IMG/VR virus record: IMGVR_UViG_3300009602_000036
Span: 1 to 36,291 of that record
Source of the DNA: a virus
Lineage: Duplodnaviria; Caudoviricetes
Direction: 5' to 3' (one strand)
Length of the DNA stretch: 36,291 nt
The notes below the pieces were generated by a model. It was given only the letters and a program-made list of their open reading frames with translations. It did no database searches and was not told the origin of the DNA. The translations under genes and the position numbers were made by a program. Positions within the stretch are counted from its first letter, which is position 1. Each line of letters begins with the position of its first letter. Positions 14,864-23,126 of the stretch are shown here, piece by piece.

Positions 14864-15955
14864 ATGGCCGGATCAGCACTTTCCTTATTTACGGACTTCT
14901 TCACACACACCACAGGCCCGGCGTATTTCTCGGGCCCAGACCAGGTCATCAACGACGCCCAGCTGCGCAACTTCGAGTCCTTGGAGTTCTTCTTCAGGAC
15001 CCGCAAGGAGGTGCAGGGCGGTACGACCATCAAGGACATGATCCTTCTGGACGACCCGTTGACGGCCGCAACGTACCTGCCCGGCGAATCAGCGACTGTC
15101 ACGAACGTGCAGGGTGGCAACACTCTGTCGGTACCGTGGCGGTTCATTCGCGTTCCCATCACCTGGACCGAGCAGGAGATCCTGCTCAACGAAGGCGGGG
15201 GCGGCTCCGCAGTCGGGCAGTTCCACCAGTTCAAGAAGCTCAAGGACTTTAAGTATCAGCAGGCGTACACCAGCTTGATGAACCTCCTCGAACGCAAGTG
15301 CGTCGCCTCGGCGGCGAACCAGCAGACCGCGATGGAGGACAACACGGGCCAGGAACCCTACTCGATCTTCTCGACGGTCACGAGCGACGGCCTCGCACCG
15401 ACCGGCTGGACCACCGTCCAGCAGATCAACCCGACCAACGAGGTCAACTGGCGGAATCAGAACACCACCTACACGAGCAGCACTCCGTTCGACACGGATA
15501 ACGGCATCGTGCAGGGGTTCGACACCATCTCCCAGCTCGTGCGGTTCAAGAAGCCGCCGAACAAGGAGAAATACTTCGATGACGATGCGCTTCGGCGGCA
15601 CGTCATATTCACCAACCGCGAGGGCCGCAAGGACTACATGAAGGCCCTTCGTGCGGGCAACGACATCACCAGGGCCGGGCCGCAAGACCCGGCGTACGGC
15701 AACCCAGTGTTCAGCGGCATCCCCGTTATCGCTAACGAGGGCATGGACGATCAGTCGTCGTTCACGGCCGCCGCTCCGCACTATATGTTCCTCAATGCCA
15801 ACCACCTGAAGCTGATCTTCCACCGAGCGAAGTTCATGCAGGTTTCAGAACCGATGAAGTTCCCGGACAAGCCCGACACCGTCGTGGTGTGGTGCGACTC
15901 CTACGTAAACCTGTTCAACGCCTCGCGGAAGCGACACGGTTATCTCGGTACCTAA
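14864..15955 (+). CDS. Major capsid protein
   Basis: 363 aa after the scaffold; GGTTI, WRNQ, FSGIPVI and YMFLN..HLKL..H motifs resemble podovirus-type HK97-fold MCPs; strongly biased codons. Confidence 0.85.
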   Translation: MAGSALSLFTDFFTHTTGPAYFSGPDQVINDAQLRNFESLEFFFRTRKEVQGGTTIKDMILLDDPLTAATYLPGESATVTNVQGGNTLSVPWRFIRVPITWTEQEILLNEGGGGSAVGQFHQFKKLKDFKYQQAYTSLMNLLERKCVASAANQQTAMEDNTGQEPYSIFSTVTSDGLAPTGWTTVQQINPTNEVNWRNQNTTYTSSTPFDTDNGIVQGFDTISQLVRFKKPPNKEKYFDDDALRRHVIFTNREGRKDYMKALRAGNDITRAGPQDPAYGNPVFSGIPVIANEGMDDQSSFTAAAPHYMFLNANHLKLIFHRAKFMQVSEPMKFPDKPDTVVVWCDSYVNLFNASRKRHGYLGT

Positions 15956-16037
15956 GATTGCGTATTTGGCGTTTTTGAACTGATTCGCGCCCGGATCAGA
16001 GAATCAGTTGGCGTAAGCCTACACGAAAGGAATCATC

Positions 16038-16805
16038 ATGGCATACGACCCATTTGCCCATCCACTACAGTTAGAAGGCTCTATTATTGATCCCCCCGTC
16101 GTATTCTTCGACGATTTCAACGATGGGTGGGGATACGAGGCCGGTGATGACGACAACACGGGCAAGTTCGTCGAAGACACTGCGAACCTGGGACAGTGGT
16201 TGGTATCGGTCACTGGCAGTTCCGAAGTGATTAAAGTTGCGGATACAGAACCTGGCGGCGTGTTAACGATTTCCACAGGTTCTAGCGACAACGACCTCAT
16301 GAACCTCCAGCAGAATGGAGAGGCGTGGAGGCCCGCTGCCGGTAAGGAGCTCGTGTATAAGGTCCGCATGAAGTTGACGGCGGCCCTAACTCCGTTGGCG
16401 ACGATTGACTGGTTCGTCGGTCTGGCAACGACTAGTACGGCCGTTCTTGCTGGCACGGTTGAACGAATCGGATTCGGATCTAATGGTTTGGATGCTGGAG
16501 GTGCGGATATCTACACCGTGATTGAGGACGCATCTACCGAGACGCTGACCGATAGCGGTGAGGACTACGCTGATGACACTTTTATGACATTAGCGTTCCG
16601 TTGCGTCCAAGTTTCCAGTACGGAAGGGTACGTTAAGTATTACGTTAACGGAGCGCTGGTAGACACGAGACATGAGGTCTCCGGTTCAAGTGCCAACTTC
16701 CCGTTTGATGACGACATGACCCTGACGTTGTGCGTCCAGAACAATGGCGGCACATCGGCAAAAACGATGGAAATAGATTACATCTATTGCCGTCAGGTCA
16801 GGTAG
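16038..16805 (+). CDS. Beta-sandwich (ConA/LamG-like) structural protein, probable capsid decoration
   Basis: FFDDF, GGVL.I.TG, VKYYVNG, MEIDYIYC.Q.R jelly-roll pattern; directly after the MCP; RBS GAAAGGA. Confidence 0.65.
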   Translation: MAYDPFAHPLQLEGSIIDPPVVFFDDFNDGWGYEAGDDDNTGKFVEDTANLGQWLVSVTGSSEVIKVADTEPGGVLTISTGSSDNDLMNLQQNGEAWRPAAGKELVYKVRMKLTAALTPLATIDWFVGLATTSTAVLAGTVERIGFGSNGLDAGGADIYTVIEDASTETLTDSGEDYADDTFMTLAFRCVQVSSTEGYVKYYVNGALVDTRHEVSGSSANFPFDDDMTLTLCVQNNGGTSAKTMEIDYIYCRQVR

Positions 16806-16826
16806 CAGATTTTGCCGTTCTCTTTC

Positions 16827-16861
16827 CCGCCCCTTCCCCCCTCACGGGGGGGGAAGGCGGC
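16827..16861 (+). terminator. GC-rich hairpin (terminator or processing site)
   Basis: CCTTCCCCCC-short loop-GGGGGGAAGG; weak U tract. Confidence 0.45.
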
Positions 16862-16991
16862 TTAGAGGAGCCCAAGAGCCGGATGCGCCGGATGCGCCTC
16901 CGGCAGAGCAATCAGATCCTGGGAACCCGTTTAACGCGACTGGGTCGGCGGGACCCCAGCCTTAGAAGCACACCCGGAAAGGAATTCGGTT

Positions 16992-17648
16992 ATGCCTAAT
17001 AGAACTGAAACATTACGACTTGCTGGTGCCGCAGTTATCACCAACACGGCAATACACACCCACACCGGTGCTGAGACCCACTCCGGCGCGGAAACCCACT
17101 CCGGCGCGGAAACCCACTCCGGCGCGGAAACCCACTCCGGCGCGGAAACCCACACCGGAGCGGAGGCTTTCAGTGGATCGCCAACCGGAGTCGTGGTCGC
17201 CAAGACGATCACGTTTACCGAGGATGCCAGCAGCACGACGCACACTGGGACGGTGGAGATTCCTGCTGGGTCAACCCTGCTGAATATCCAGTTCGTCAGC
17301 ACTGTGCTGTGGGCTAATTCCGGCGGCACCGTAGTCTTGATTATTGGCGACGATGACGATCCGAACGGATGGATCGAGGCCACCAATCTGAAGGCTACCG
17401 ACCTTCTTGTTGGCGAAGTCCTTGACATCTCCAACGCCGAGAACTGGGGCGGTAAAAATGGTGCGTATCTGGTGGCCGCAACGGGACGCAAGGGCCAAGC
17501 CGCTGCTGCCTATTCCGGCGTTTACGCTGCCAGTGCAACTGAAGTTATCGGGGTGATAACTTGCGTCAGTCCAGGCTCTACGGCAGGTCGCTCATTCATG
17601 ACCGTGACCTACGCCACCGGCACAGTGACCGCTGCGACTTCCGCGTAA
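16992..17648 (+). CDS. Structural protein with His-containing hexapeptide repeats (head fibre/decoration-like)
   Basis: TH(S/T)GAE x6, then a beta-rich domain (IPAGSTL...IGD..DPNG...G...TVTY) resembling capsid cement proteins. Confidence 0.7.
   Translation: MPNRTETLRLAGAAVITNTAIHTHTGAETHSGAETHSGAETHSGAETHSGAETHTGAEAFSGSPTGVVVAKTITFTEDASSTTHTGTVEIPAGSTLLNIQFVSTVLWANSGGTVVLIIGDDDDPNGWIEATNLKATDLLVGEVLDISNAENWGGKNGAYLVAATGRKGQAAAAYSGVYAASATEVIGVITCVSPGSTAGRSFMTVTYATGTVTAATSA
17058..17165 (+). repeat. 18-bp tandem repeat ACCCACTCCGGCGCGGAA x6 (4 perfect)
   Basis: Units start at 17058, 17076, 17094, 17112, 17130 and 17148. Confidence 0.95.
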
Positions 17649-17655
17649 TTGACCC

Positions 17656-18387
17656 ATGACGATGAAGCGCGTCATCTTCATAAGGGCCAAGCGGGACAAC
17701 GCCCGGCTTGATCGCAAGCACCTGATGGACGTCGGCGGCAAGCCGCTGATCGCCCACGTGATAGAGCACGCGATTCAGTCCAACGCGCACGCGATGTTCC
17801 TCTCGACCAACTGCCGCGAGATCTTAGCAATCGGCAAGGAGTACCCGGAGCTGAACTGCATCGAACGCCCGGAGTCCCTCTGCAATGACGACGGTGATCC
17901 GCAGCACACGATCTGGGCCATCGACGATTTTCACTGGACGACCTGGAAGAATCTGGCGGGCAGCTCCGACCCGATCGGGTACTGCACGGTCTACGGGAAC
18001 ACCCTCTGCTTCGACAAGAGCGCCATCGACAGGGCCTTCGACCTGTTCGAGCGGCATCCGACCGAGGTCGTACACACGGGCTACATCGCCGGCAACCACG
18101 AGCACCCATACGACGCTTACATCGAGAACGATCGCGGCGTGTACCGCCGGATGATGGACCGCCAGCCGCTGATGCTCTGCAACGACTGGCCCGCTGTCGT
18201 GATGAACAACAGCATCTGCACGATCATCAAGGCTCCCTACAACAAGGGCCCCCGCGACACCAGCCGCAACTCGTTCCGTTACTGCTTAACCGGACGATTC
18301 GACTCGGTGCACATCGACGACCGCCACGATCACCAGCTCGCCTGCGGGCTCTGGGAGGTGCACAGGCACCAGGAGGTGCGGGCATGA
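17656..18387 (+). CDS. CMP-sugar synthetase-like cytidylyltransferase (NeuA/KdsB family, divergent)
   Basis: VIFIRAKRDNARLDRKHLMDVGGKPLIAHVIEHA resembles IIPARGGSK.LP.KN...GKPLI; STN, ERPESL..D and DSVHIDD..D (SIDID) motifs. Confidence 0.75.
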   Translation: MTMKRVIFIRAKRDNARLDRKHLMDVGGKPLIAHVIEHAIQSNAHAMFLSTNCREILAIGKEYPELNCIERPESLCNDDGDPQHTIWAIDDFHWTTWKNLAGSSDPIGYCTVYGNTLCFDKSAIDRAFDLFERHPTEVVHTGYIAGNHEHPYDAYIENDRGVYRRMMDRQPLMLCNDWPAVVMNNSICTIIKAPYNKGPRDTSRNSFRYCLTGRFDSVHIDDRHDHQLACGLWEVHRHQEVRA

Positions 18388-19136
18388 GCGACACGGAGCA
18401 GGTATCTAAACCTCCTCTCGTCATCGTCGGGATGGTCGAGGGGTTTCCGCATCCGACCGAGGACATGGACGTCTGGTGCATAAACAATAGCTACCGCCCT
18501 CAAGGCGGGGCCACCCGCGTCTACCACCTCGACCCTGTCCGCGAAAGAGATCAGGACTTCATCAACGACGTCAACCAGATGGGGTGCGAATGCTTCCTCC
18601 AGGAGCCGCACCCAGACATCCCCAAGAGCGAGAAGTTTCCCCTGGATCAGGTGCTAGAGCGGTTCGGTATCGAATACTTCACGAGCAGCTCGCCTTACCT
18701 GATCGCGCACGCCCTGATGGAAGGGTACGGGCGGATCATCCTCTGGGGCATGTACAAGCAGAACGACTCGCTCGAGTACCTCCCACACGTGCCCTGCATC
18801 AACTTCTGGGTAGGCATGGCGGCCGGCATGGGCGTTCACATCAGCATGGAACCCGGCATGTCCATTGCGAAGGCGTTCCCCTGGGAATCGCCTCGATACG
18901 GGTACACCGCAAATATCTCCCAACTGTTGTGCAACGCTACGCTTGCCAGTGCGTACCGCGCCTGCGCTGCCTACCCCCAGAAGTTTATTACGAACAAGGA
19001 CCTGCCCGACCCGCACGCGGACGGCGACACGTGGGAGTGGATGCAGCAGATGTGGCAGCATGCGTACCTGGACGCTGGCAAGCCCCGCATGGAACACGAC
19101 ATCGAGCCGATGCGATTCGACCTTCACCACCTGTAA
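18384..19136 (+). CDS. Putative glycosyltransferase, sialyltransferase/Maf(DUF115)-like Rossmann fold
   Basis: LVIVG, DVWCINN, FTSSSPY.IA.AL.EGY..I.LWG.....EY and FWVG.A.G.GV motifs; ATGA-coupled to the cytidylyltransferase. Confidence 0.55.
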   Translation: MSDTEQVSKPPLVIVGMVEGFPHPTEDMDVWCINNSYRPQGGATRVYHLDPVRERDQDFINDVNQMGCECFLQEPHPDIPKSEKFPLDQVLERFGIEYFTSSSPYLIAHALMEGYGRIILWGMYKQNDSLEYLPHVPCINFWVGMAAGMGVHISMEPGMSIAKAFPWESPRYGYTANISQLLCNATLASAYRACAAYPQKFITNKDLPDPHADGDTWEWMQQMWQHAYLDAGKPRMEHDIEPMRFDLHHL

Positions 19137-19148
19137 GGACACGAGCAC

Positions 19149-19592
19149 ATGGCCCTGACAATAAACCTCTGGTGCCGCTTTGAGACCGTCGATGCGAAGG
19201 GCGTTCGATACCGCGGGGGCAGGAAGACCACGGATACACCCGTCACGATCACAACCAGCGGCGATGCCATCCACGACCAGACACACGACATCGCGGCCTC
19301 GTCGCGTGGGAAGCTGTGGGACACATCGGACGCGACGACGGCTACCGATTTCGAGTTCCTCTTCTTCCTGTCCGACCAGGACGGAGAGATAATGTTCTCG
19401 AACCAGGGCAACTCGACGCTCTGGACGCACAACACAATCAAGAACTTCCCGTTCATCCTTGGGACTGACGCCTCGACGTACGGGGCGTCGATCGCCAGTT
19501 TCGGGGGCACGGCCGACGACATCGAGGAGGTCCACTGGGAGAACGGCAGCTCCACCACCACGGCAAAGGCCCGTCTGGTACTCGCCACCTAA
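19149..19592 (+). CDS. Hypothetical virion structural protein (beta-rich)
   Basis: AAGGA RBS; Thr/Ser/Asp-rich; within the structural operon. Confidence 0.7.
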   Translation: MALTINLWCRFETVDAKGVRYRGGRKTTDTPVTITTSGDAIHDQTHDIAASSRGKLWDTSDATTATDFEFLFFLSDQDGEIMFSNQGNSTLWTHNTIKNFPFILGTDASTYGASIASFGGTADDIEEVHWENGSSTTTAKARLVLAT

Positions 19593-19607
19593 GCAAGGAC
19601 GCACGAT

Positions 19608-20159
19608 ATGCCACAGGAATCATTGTTTACCGAGCGGAATATGCTGCTGATGGGTTTGTCGAACGACTCGACCGACACGGCGGTGTCGCACCCGGCGGAC
19701 ACGCTGACGAAGCCGTCGACGACGGATAGCGAAACGGCAACGGCCAACCACGTCGTCATCCCGACGAGCGGCCAGGACACGCTGTTCCACTTCTTCGGGC
19801 AGAATGCACACTCGGAGACCTTCGACGCCATCATCTTCGGGTGGGAGCAGATCTTCTCGACGACGGAATCGCAGCAGCAGTGGACCGCCACGTTTCTCCT
19901 GCGCGTTGACTGCGTGACGGGCGAGGGGACCGGAATCGCCAACGGCGTCCTGCCGGTCGCGGACTACTGGGTGGACACGATTACGCTCGACACGGCGAAC
20001 ATCGGCACGGCCGACTACGAGATCCAATCCCCCGTGGACGACGGCAAGGCGACGCTGATCGTGCGACACAAGGGGTTCATCCTGCTCGACGTGTGGTTCG
20101 ACATGGACGCTGGGGGCAACGACGCCGCCGGCTGCAACCTCGTCTGGAGGAACCTGTAG
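19608..20159 (+). CDS. Hypothetical virion structural protein (beta-rich, acidic)
   Basis: AAGGA RBS; strongly biased codons. Confidence 0.7.
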   Translation: MPQESLFTERNMLLMGLSNDSTDTAVSHPADTLTKPSTTDSETATANHVVIPTSGQDTLFHFFGQNAHSETFDAIIFGWEQIFSTTESQQQWTATFLLRVDCVTGEGTGIANGVLPVADYWVDTITLDTANIGTADYEIQSPVDDGKATLIVRHKGFILLDVWFDMDAGGNDAAGCNLVWRNL

Positions 20160-20879
20160 ATGCAGAACGTCCGCGGAAAGATCCTGAACCTGGGTGCGAC
20201 TCGGTACTTCCCAATGGACGAGGCCGGCAATGCTGCCAGCGGATTCGCAACTGCGGTTGATTGGTCGGCAAGTTTGGTAAACGCCTCTTATACCCTCGCG
20301 CCGAAGGCCGGCCGCCAGGGAGTGGGGAGAATAGGGACGAGGGGGACTTCGTTCTACTTCGACGACACTGATGAATCCGTCAACTGCGGATCTGCTTCCG
20401 ACATTGACAATCTCGGACCTTTTACATTCAACGGGTGGATGCAGTGCGACAGCGTGCCGACGCGCATGTTGACGAAGGGCACAGTTATCAAGTGTGTAAT
20501 CTTGAATACAGGGCTGCTTCGTATGTTGATAGGGTACAGCTCCACTAATTTGAGAGCGGATTCGACGGACGCCATCCCTACGGATGGTCGGTGGGTGATG
20601 GTGACGTTCACCTGGGATGACAGTGTGAATGCCAGTGGCGTCGGACTCTACTTTGATGGGGTCAAGCAAACCAACACCAACACTCGGAACGCAGTTGGAT
20701 CCCAGACTAACGATGCAGCGAATACATTTTGGTTGGCGTCGGAGAATAACACGACAGCTTTTCACGACGGGAGAATGTGCGAGGTGTCGGTATTCGATAC
20801 AGAACTGACCGAGGCTGATGTTCACGGGCTCTACGCAGCGTACAGACGGGATGACATTCCGAGAAGGACGGTCCTCTAG
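20160..20879 (+). CDS. LamG / concanavalin A-like domain protein
   Basis: YFPMDE, SFYFD, FTFNGW, WVMVTFTWD, LYFDG, F.DGRMCEVSVFD.ELT..DV..LY. Confidence 0.9.
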   Translation: MQNVRGKILNLGATRYFPMDEAGNAASGFATAVDWSASLVNASYTLAPKAGRQGVGRIGTRGTSFYFDDTDESVNCGSASDIDNLGPFTFNGWMQCDSVPTRMLTKGTVIKCVILNTGLLRMLIGYSSTNLRADSTDAIPTDGRWVMVTFTWDDSVNASGVGLYFDGVKQTNTNTRNAVGSQTNDAANTFWLASENNTTAFHDGRMCEVSVFDTELTEADVHGLYAAYRRDDIPRRTVL

Positions 20880-20895
20880 GCGAAAGGATTCGATC

Positions 20896-21408
20896 ATGCG
20901 GACCAACTTGTCCATTCTGGCGGCCCTCCTGCTGTTCCTGCCAGCCTGCGCCACGACCCGGTACGACGCGGCTCAGGAGCGCCTGACGAACCTCTCGCAG
21001 GAGCTGTCGGCCACCATCGATCGCCTGGACACGATCGAGACGGATCACCCCGCGGCAAAGCCCGTAGCCGAGGCTGCGAGAGAGATTGTGGAGAACGCCA
21101 AGGAGCTGATCGCCGTGACTAGCGAGGAGCTCGCCAAGGAGGAGGAGACGCGGGGAAAAGTCGGTGCCGGCATAAAGATCGGCGGCGACATCCTCGGAGG
21201 CCCACTGGGAGAGGTCCTGGGTATGCTCGGTGTCTTAGTTGCTGGGGGCTGGGGCGCTCGCGTTGTGACCGCACGTGCTAAAGACAAGGAGCGCAAGGAG
21301 AAGGAGTCATCCCACAATCACGGGGCCGAATCGACGATGGCGTCGGCCGTCGACGCGGCGGTCAAGATCGTCAACGGGAACAAGCCGCCAGGAGATACTC
21401 CGGCATGA
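20896..21408 (+). CDS. Lipoprotein with coiled coil and C-proximal hydrophobic segment (spanin-like candidate)
   Basis: MRTNLSILAALLLFLPA-C lipobox; helical heptads; GPLGEVLGMLGVLVAGGWGA hydrophobic stretch; GAAAGGA RBS. Confidence 0.7.
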   Translation: MRTNLSILAALLLFLPACATTRYDAAQERLTNLSQELSATIDRLDTIETDHPAAKPVAEAAREIVENAKELIAVTSEELAKEEETRGKVGAGIKIGGDILGGPLGEVLGMLGVLVAGGWGARVVTARAKDKERKEKESSHNHGAESTMASAVDAAVKIVNGNKPPGDTPA

Positions 21409-21501
21409 AGCGGCTTTTTTTTTTGCTGGACTCCGCGGAAGACGTTGGCGACGGGAATAATACTCGCGATTCTGTTTTTGTGGTGGTTGGTTTCCGGATG
21501 A
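21405..21501 (+). pseudogene. Small single-TM peptide gene frameshifted at a T10 run
   Basis: ATG overlaps the upstream TGA; removing one T from 21415-21424 gives MKRLFFCWTPRKTLATGIILAILFLWWLVSG*, ending 7 nt before the next ATG. Confidence 0.55.
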
Positions 21502-21508
21502 ATCCAAA

Positions 21509-21853
21509 ATGGACTACGCAATCGTCGCAACAATCGTCGCAGCAATCCTTGGGCTTTTCAAGTTCGGGGACCGGATGTTGGGGAGCAAGCGAAACGGGAA
21601 TGGCCGCGAATTGGACAAGCGGATCGCGCTTCTCCACAAGGATGTCGAGTACATCAAGGACTGGATCGGCAGCGAGCTCGGGACCGCCAGATCACCCGGC
21701 AATGTGTGGAAGAAACTCGAAAATATGTCCCACGCGATACGCGGCAACGGAAACCCGCACCAAGGGGTTGTCGGGATGATAATAAAATTAGAGGTGAGGC
21801 TGGACACGATCGAGGCGCAACTGAAGCAGATCCAGAAATGGACCAACAAGTAG
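21509..21853 (+). CDS. Holin-like protein (single N-terminal TM plus coiled coil)
   Basis: MDYAIVATIVAAILGLFKF, NGNG motif, C-terminal heptads. Confidence 0.55.
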   Translation: MDYAIVATIVAAILGLFKFGDRMLGSKRNGNGRELDKRIALLHKDVEYIKDWIGSELGTARSPGNVWKKLENMSHAIRGNGNPHQGVVGMIIKLEVRLDTIEAQLKQIQKWTNK

Positions 21854-21884
21854 AGCTCGTTTCAGAACAGGGACCACTGATGCA

Positions 21885-22358
21885 ATGCCCGGACTCGATT
21901 ACACCGTCGCGAAGCGTTTTACGGACTACACCGCCACGCGGGGGGCATTCGATTACACCGCCTGGCGGAAATTCGATTACACAGTTCCCGCCACACCGAG
22001 GGCAGTAGATATGGCCGAAGCGACGATCCCTGGGTCACATTGGAAGACGGTTTCGGAGGTGGTGACGCTCAACGTCGCCTTTTTGAATCGCCTGAAGGCG
22101 TCCGGAAAAGTGCTTTCGGGCACACCGACGATCATCGAAGTCGGCACGAGCGACTTGACCCTCGCCAACAAGACCCTCAACAGTGGGGCCTTGGTCATCG
22201 ATACCGTGTCCCAGGCCGCTAATCAGGCGGTGACGTTCTCCGTCACGGGGGGCGTAGCGGGCACCCGATACCGGATCCGGATCACGGTTGCGGACAACGG
22301 CTCCGCCCCGGCCCACACATTTGTGGAGACTCTCAACATGGATGTTCACCCGGACTGA
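21885..22358 (+). CDS. Ig-like virion protein with N-terminal DYT repeats (alternative start 22011)
   Basis: K...E......F and VTFSVTGGVAGTRYRIRITV motifs recalled from small phage tail-associated Ig-like proteins. Confidence 0.65.
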   Translation: MPGLDYTVAKRFTDYTATRGAFDYTAWRKFDYTVPATPRAVDMAEATIPGSHWKTVSEVVTLNVAFLNRLKASGKVLSGTPTIIEVGTSDLTLANKTLNSGALVIDTVSQAANQAVTFSVTGGVAGTRYRIRITVADNGSAPAHTFVETLNMDVHPD

Positions 22359-22403
22359 TGTAATAATAAACCAGCAGACCCTCAAGGACGAGGTACACGT
22401 GAC

Positions 22404-23126
22404 ATGGCCGTCACACTATTGCAGCTTCAAGATCAGGTCACGATCGTCATCGGCGAGGACCACGATCCCCGCCTGAACCCGACCGACATCGCCAACGAGG
22501 CCGGTCGGTATCTCATGTCCATGCACTCGTGGAACTGGAGGAAGCGACCGCCCGCCACACTGACCCTCGTGGCCGACCAGACCTTCGTCGAGCTGCCCGA
22601 GGACTTCGGGTACGAGGGGGAGATCATCGGCGTGACGATGACGGACAACGTCGCCTATGGGGTTACCCTTACATCGCTCGAGGACGTCGTCGGCAAGCGG
22701 TCGACGACGGTTGGAGGCCCCGGCTCCTACTTAGTGGCCATCTCCGAGCCGATCCAGCAGGACACCACGAGCCCATCGGAGCGGCGCCGCCTGGAGATCT
22801 ACCCGACCCCGACGGGCACGAACACGGGCAGCATGAACCTGATCTACCGGGCCGGCTGGTTGGAGCTGACCCGAGGCGAGGCGGTCGCGAACATCAACGT
22901 CGCGTACGAAGACCTGCTCAAGCAGCTGGCGAGAGCATTCGCCTGGTACTACGCGACGAACGATAGAAAGATGATCGAGGAAATAGAATCCTCGGCGCAG
23001 CTGAACCGACTAAAGAGGGCAGACGGCGCCGCCCAGGCCCGCCTGGGGCCGATCGAGGGCGGAATCCTCGGTCAGGGCAGAGCAGTACGAACCAACTGGA
23101 ACTTCACCACAGCGGGGCCCGCCTGA
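22404..23126 (+). CDS. Head-tail adaptor / connector protein
   Basis: TL.QL...V, ANEA, WNW, L..DQ....LP.DF, P..Y, LEIYPTP, L.YR pattern of podovirus adaptors. Confidence 0.75.
   Translation: MAVTLLQLQDQVTIVIGEDHDPRLNPTDIANEAGRYLMSMHSWNWRKRPPATLTLVADQTFVELPEDFGYEGEIIGVTMTDNVAYGVTLTSLEDVVGKRSTTVGGPGSYLVAISEPIQQDTTSPSERRRLEIYPTPTGTNTGSMNLIYRAGWLELTRGEAVANINVAYEDLLKQLARAFAWYYATNDRKMIEEIESSAQLNRLKRADGAAQARLGPIEGGILGQGRAVRTNWNFTTAGPA

Noticed and set aside
16878-16904. Similarity to enterobacterial REP (GCCGGATGCG...TCCGGC)
   Set aside because: Single partial copy with no RAYT transposase; likely coincidental in GC-rich DNA.
17058-17165. Possible CRISPR array (also considered for 21895-21985 and 32760-32912)
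   Set aside because: Repeats are contiguous or short, in frame and coding, without unique 30-40-nt spacers; no cas genes.
21405-21779. 124-aa ORF as listed
   Set aside because: Overlaps the holin-like gene out of frame with Ser-rich, non-protein-like sequence; better explained by the T10 frameshift.
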